A DNA stretch of 20,185 nt from positions 1 through 20,185 of the forward strand of contig JBDIWC010000060.1 of NCBI GenBank assembly GCA_039794085.1, read 5' to 3'. The stretch's first letter is position 1. Each line of letters begins with the position of its first letter. The notes under the pieces were generated by a model. The model searched no databases, had not been told where the DNA came from, and worked only from the letters and a program-made list of their open reading frames with translations. This DNA comes from Gemmatimonadales bacterium. GTDB taxonomy: Bacteria; Gemmatimonadota; Gemmatimonadetes; Gemmatimonadales; GWC2-71-9. Shown here in pieces: positions 16,473-20,185 of the stretch. The position numbers were made by a program, and so were the translations under genes.

Positions 16473-16894
16473 TGGGTGGGTGGCTGGGCAGGAGGTAGAG
16501 TCTCTCCTTGGACAACGGTGAACGGGATCCGTGCCGCTTCCTCTCCATTCCAACTCAGGACGAAGGAGTACTCCCCGTATCGTGGAAACTGCAGGTTGGG
16601 AAATGGGAGCGCCAAGCTGAACGTACGACTTTGTCCGGCAGGAATCTGGTCCGATTTGACTTCACCCTGTCCTTCGATGAGATGATGCCCGTCCTCGTCC
16701 CTGAGATAGACACGTATCGCGTGCGACTTACTGCCATCCTGGAACTCCAGCCGGAGCCGGAGTGCGACCACCATGGTCGGAACCCCGGCTGGTAGCGTGG
16801 GTGAGGTGATCCGATCGAAGACGCCCATGATATTGAGCTTCCCGCCGTCGGCGACGTTCGCATAATCCGCCAAGACAGCCACTTCAACCACCAT
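16469..16894 (-). CDS. DUF6941-like beta-sandwich protein
   Basis: RBS AAAGGA. MVVEVAVLADYANVADGGKLNIMGVFDRI...L.FPRYGEYSF.L..NG......PF.V pattern, 141 aa. Confidence 0.75.
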   Translation of the reverse strand: MVVEVAVLADYANVADGGKLNIMGVFDRITSPTLPAGVPTMVVALRLRLEFQDGSKSHAIRVYLRDEDGHHLIEGQGEVKSDQIPAGQSRTFSLALPFPNLQFPRYGEYSFVLSWNGEEAARIPFTVVQGETLPPAQPPTQ

Positions 16895-17163
16895 GAGAGG
16901 TCCTTTTGAGTCGAGGGATGTTCGGGCTAGGGTGAGGGCCCTGCACCACCCCCTGGTGGAACTATTTGCCCTACTTGACCGCGGTGGAGATTGGTGAAGT
17001 AATCCGATCGCTCCCAGAAGGTAGCCACGACTTGGTGGTCCGTCCATGGTTGCCCATGCTCGTACCCCGACCGGGAACGAGCGGGAACTGCTGGGGTAGA
17101 TCCTTGCATGGACCCTCTTTGAGGCATACACTCCGGAACTGACTCCAACCCCGAGGGGTTCCA

Positions 17164-17601
17164 ATGGCTAGACGGCTTCTCGCACGGGTCCTCCTTCTCG
17201 GCGCCCTAGCCGCCCCGGCGTGCTCGTCGTCCACTACTCTGGCTTTATCTCCGCCCCCGCCTCCTCCGCCACCACCTCCGCCGCCTCCTCCGGCCCCCGC
17301 GCCACGGTGTTCCGGCGGTCAGTTGTGCGCCCTGGGGTGGGAGGTCGCCGCGCAAGCCGGGGATACGACGTGGGTCATTACGGCCCGGATCTGGAATGAT
17401 GGCCCGACGTGCGCCACAGCCATTGAGGGGAGAGGGTTCCACGGGCCCGGGGGAGTACATACGTTCCGCTCCCCCCGGGACATGCCCGAGCCTCTCTTGG
17501 CCCGCCAAGAAGGACTCGCCAAGTTCGGTGCGACGACTCTGGCAGCGACGCAACTGGATTCCATTCGGATTATCGGATGGACGCCGGGGTCGTGCGGGTG
17601 A
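17164..17601 (+). CDS. Hypothetical exported protein, probable lipoprotein with polyproline linker
   Basis: GAGGGG RBS, MARR plus hydrophobic stretch plus AAPAC, polyproline run encoded by mixed codons, small beta-rich domain with four further Cys. Confidence 0.6.
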   Translation: MARRLLARVLLLGALAAPACSSSTTLALSPPPPPPPPPPPPPPAPAPRCSGGQLCALGWEVAAQAGDTTWVITARIWNDGPTCATAIEGRGFHGPGGVHTFRSPRDMPEPLLARQEGLAKFGATTLAATQLDSIRIIGWTPGSCG

Positions 17602-17880
17602 GGGGCCATCCCGGGGGGTTGATGTAGCCGGGAAGTGTGCGTGAGCGGTGGGCAGTCCGTAGACAGTTCATCTGGGTTCTCGACCAACAACCTTCGCTTC
17701 GGCGTGGACACGGCAAGGGTCAGGTATGGCACTGTCATTTCTATCACAACCCAAGGACCGAGACTCGGGTCCCTCGAGCGCAATGCTCGAACTAGGCGTC
17801 GGCCGGGTCAATCTGTTGAGACTGATCGGGTGACTAGGATTCCTGCGCTTCTCGGAGCTGCCTATGATGACTCCGCAGTG

Positions 17881-19656
17881 ATGCCTGTCGACATAGACTG
17901 CTATTTCGCCAAGCGCGATATGGCGCTGAGGGCGATCGAGCGTATGAAGGACTCCGAAGACACGGAGGCCATTGATCATTTGTGGTGGGAAGTAGCCCTG
18001 TTGCGCTTTAGTCCGGTGGCGAGTAATGGTGGCTGCTATATGGGTGACTCGTATGAAGTATTCGCCGTAAAGTTCGGCCTCACGCCGGAAACGGTACGTT
18101 TCGCTGACACGCGGGCAGTTGAGACACGAGATATTGCGCTCAAGCTTCATTATCTCGGCTTCGTCCTCGACAGGATGCCTCCAACGGGGAGAGCGTGGGT
18201 TGACCGAATGCGAGAGATGCTCCTTTCGTGGCGGCAGTATGCTGACGAATGTCGAATGGCAGCTGCCACTAACCCCACAGGGCACGCGGCCATGTGCGTT
18301 GAGCGTGCCCTGAAAGCTATCGGAGCGATTACGTCACGCCCCGGTGTTCTGCGCGACATGGAACCCACTGAATGGGCAGGATGGGTGTTGCAGCTCGCGC
18401 ACGACGTCCGTGACTTTCCAGGAGACGAGTCGGATGAATCGGACTTCTGGTATCATCGCTGGGTGGCTCCCTTTCTTCGAACGCTCACTAGTCTGCCCGC
18501 GACGGCTTCTCCTCCGCCCTTGCGCCATCAAGCCTTTGCGTTACTGGAGGCCGCAGCGGCCTACTATGAAGCATCCCCCCTGGCGGACCATTTCGCGCTC
18601 CTTGTTGCCGACGTGCGTTATGAGCTCCGAACACACTGGGGGGAGACCGATGCTCATAAGGACAAGGTGAGGGAACAGTTCGCTGCACTTATGCGCCGCG
18701 CCGACCTGCACAAGACGACCGGCAATGGGATGCTTACTCAGCATTTCGTTCGCGAGGCGCTACGTCTGGCGGAGGAGCATCGGCAGTATTTCACGGCAGC
18801 TCAGGTTGACGACTTGATGCGCGAAGAAAGAGCCGCAATAGAACACGCGATCCGAGCAGGTGAGTTCAAGGAGGTGTCGGTGTCGATGGAATTCCCTCGC
18901 GAATATGTCGAGCGATTGCGGGCCACCCCCGAAGAGACAATGTCAGATCTCATAGCCGAAGTTGCGATACCAGTGCCAACGACAGGGTTGCGAGAAGCAG
19001 CGGCTAAGGGTGAGACCCCCCCGCTGTACTTGCTTTTCCCCGCAACAGTGGTGGGGGGTGGGAAGGTTGTAGGCGAGTCACCTGGTGAGGAGAAGAATCT
19101 ACAACTTGAGGGTGAGCGCAACGCACTTTTTCTCGCGGCCCTCGCTGGCCAAGCGATGACCACGACAATTGTCAGTGCCGCTTCCCGCATCGGGCTGACG
19201 ACCGAGCACCTTATTACTCCCCTCACCCCGCTCGCGCTTGATGATGGCACAATAGGACTGATCCGTCATGGGTGTGAGCGGATGATTGCCAAGGACTTTA
19301 TTTCTGCATGCCATATCCTCGTACCTCGTGTGGAGGATGTGCTGAGGCAGCATCTCCGGTCACGCGGCCTTCCCGCGACCGAGTTCAAGCGGGACGTAGG
19401 TGATGGTACGAGCCGGACCGACGACGAATCGGTGGGTGCCATGCTGAGGGGCTGTCTACCAAACGGCATCACGGTACGCGCCTACCTAGGAGACGAGTTC
19501 ACGCAACATATCGAGAGAACGATGTTGTCGCAGACCGGACTAACGCTGCGCCATTCGTTTGCGCACGGGTTGGCCAAACCGGAGCACTGCACACCGGACA
19601 ATGCGGGGATTGTCCTTGCCATTCTGTACAAGCTTGCGGCAATAGCTAGTTCCTAG
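17881..19656 (+). CDS. DUF4209-like protein with C-terminal HEPN-type RxxxxH motif
   Basis: Long helical ORF in lower-GC DNA. C-terminal DFISACHILVPRVEDVLR...GLTLRHSFAHGL. Start uncertain: open from 17635, first ATG at 17881. Confidence 0.72.
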   Translation: MPVDIDCYFAKRDMALRAIERMKDSEDTEAIDHLWWEVALLRFSPVASNGGCYMGDSYEVFAVKFGLTPETVRFADTRAVETRDIALKLHYLGFVLDRMPPTGRAWVDRMREMLLSWRQYADECRMAAATNPTGHAAMCVERALKAIGAITSRPGVLRDMEPTEWAGWVLQLAHDVRDFPGDESDESDFWYHRWVAPFLRTLTSLPATASPPPLRHQAFALLEAAAAYYEASPLADHFALLVADVRYELRTHWGETDAHKDKVREQFAALMRRADLHKTTGNGMLTQHFVREALRLAEEHRQYFTAAQVDDLMREERAAIEHAIRAGEFKEVSVSMEFPREYVERLRATPEETMSDLIAEVAIPVPTTGLREAAAKGETPPLYLLFPATVVGGGKVVGESPGEEKNLQLEGERNALFLAALAGQAMTTTIVSAASRIGLTTEHLITPLTPLALDDGTIGLIRHGCERMIAKDFISACHILVPRVEDVLRQHLRSRGLPATEFKRDVGDGTSRTDDESVGAMLRGCLPNGITVRAYLGDEFTQHIERTMLSQTGLTLRHSFAHGLAKPEHCTPDNAGIVLAILYKLAAIASS

Positions 19657-19807
19657 ACTCCTAGGGCGGTCCGTATGGCGCGTTGCGCTATTCCGATTAG
19701 GAGACAAACCGTGCCGCGCTAATGTCATACCTATTCCCCGAGATTTGGGCCTTGGCCTTCTGGATGTCCTCCACAGAGCACTCGGGCCACCGTGCGGAGT
19801 GCTGGGA

Positions 19808-19836
19808 TTGATCTTCCCGACCGATATAATTACATT
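19808..19836 (+). promoter_or_regulatory. Sigma70-type promoter for the XRE gene
   Basis: TTGATC (19808-13), 17 nt, TACATT (19831-36). An adjacent perfect TATAAT lies at 19825-30. Confidence 0.55.
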
Positions 19837-19843
19837 CATTTAC

Positions 19844-20104
19844 ATGGTCGCCACCCTTCCTCGTCGTCTCGCACAGGCCCGCCGGGCCCGGGGCCTCAGC
19901 CAAGCAGGGCTTGCCCAAGCTGCGGGGGTGCCCCACTCCATGACGATCTCCGCGTGGGAACGCGGGGTGAACCTCCCCCGGGTGGACGACCTGGCTACGA
20001 TGGCGGGTGTGCTCGGCGTGTCCTTGGACTGGCTCTGCGGCCTGACGGCGGAGGGAGGCCCCCTGTGTCAGGATAGTTGTCGCATCGCCCGTCACCTTCT
20101 GTGA
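19844..20104 (+). CDS. XRE/Cro-CI family HTH transcriptional regulator
   Basis: RLAQARRARGLSQAGLAQAAGV...TISAWERGVNLP....L..MA.VLGVSLDWLCG is a canonical HTH_XRE. Confidence 0.9.
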   Translation: MVATLPRRLAQARRARGLSQAGLAQAAGVPHSMTISAWERGVNLPRVDDLATMAGVLGVSLDWLCGLTAEGGPLCQDSCRIARHLL

Positions 20105-20185
20105 CGGGGTGAGGTGCTCACCGCTGGGGGCGACGAGGTGACCGAATGATGACGGCGTACAGTAGTTCCTTCAAGGATCGGATGG
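20066..20185 (+). mobile_element. Left end of a probable IS3-family insertion sequence (truncated by window edge)
   Basis: Begins TGTCAGGATAGTTGTCGC (5'-TG, resembling IS3-type terminal IRs as I recall them). Followed by RBS GAGGTG and an OrfA-like start. Confidence 0.6.
20146..20185 (+). CDS. Probable IS3-family transposase OrfA, N-terminal fragment
   Basis: MMTAYSSSFKDRM matches the YS..FK N-terminus of HTH_Tnp_1-type OrfA proteins. Only 13 codons are visible. Confidence 0.55.
   Translation, partial: MMTAYSSSFKDRM

Overview
GC-rich bacterial DNA; the gene style suggests Gemmatimonadota, which is inference only. Left part (1-5650): a SURF1-family gene, an outer-membrane beta-barrel gene, a large secreted BNR/Asp-box (sortilin/Vps10-like) protein, a repeat-rich intergenic region, and a sigma70-driven tRNA-Leu(GAG)/tRNA-Thr(CGT) pair. 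Centre (5799-14923): a tightly coupled phosphate/polyphosphate operon. In order it encodes a DUF4956-like membrane protein, a SdiA-regulated/YjiK-like beta-propeller, a lipoprotein metallophosphoesterase, an atypical-kinase-like domain fused to an Omp85-type barrel, polyphosphate kinase 1 with extra N-terminal CYTH-like and Nudix-like domains, and two XapX/DUF1427-like micro-proteins. This is the best candidate for an undescribed system, possibly linking cytoplasmic polyP to cell-envelope phosphorylation or dephosphorylation. Next comes a ~145-150 bp duplication built from inverted heptamer arrays that ends in the first 8 nt of tRNA-Pro(GGG), then the tRNA and its terminator. Right part (~15880-20185): a lower-GC accessory island with a DUF6941-HicA-like-HicB-like three-gene operon, a polyproline lipoprotein, a DUF4209/HEPN-like protein, and an XRE regulator whose 3' end appears to be replaced by the left end of an IS3-family element. 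All family assignments come from motif recognition by eye, not database searches.
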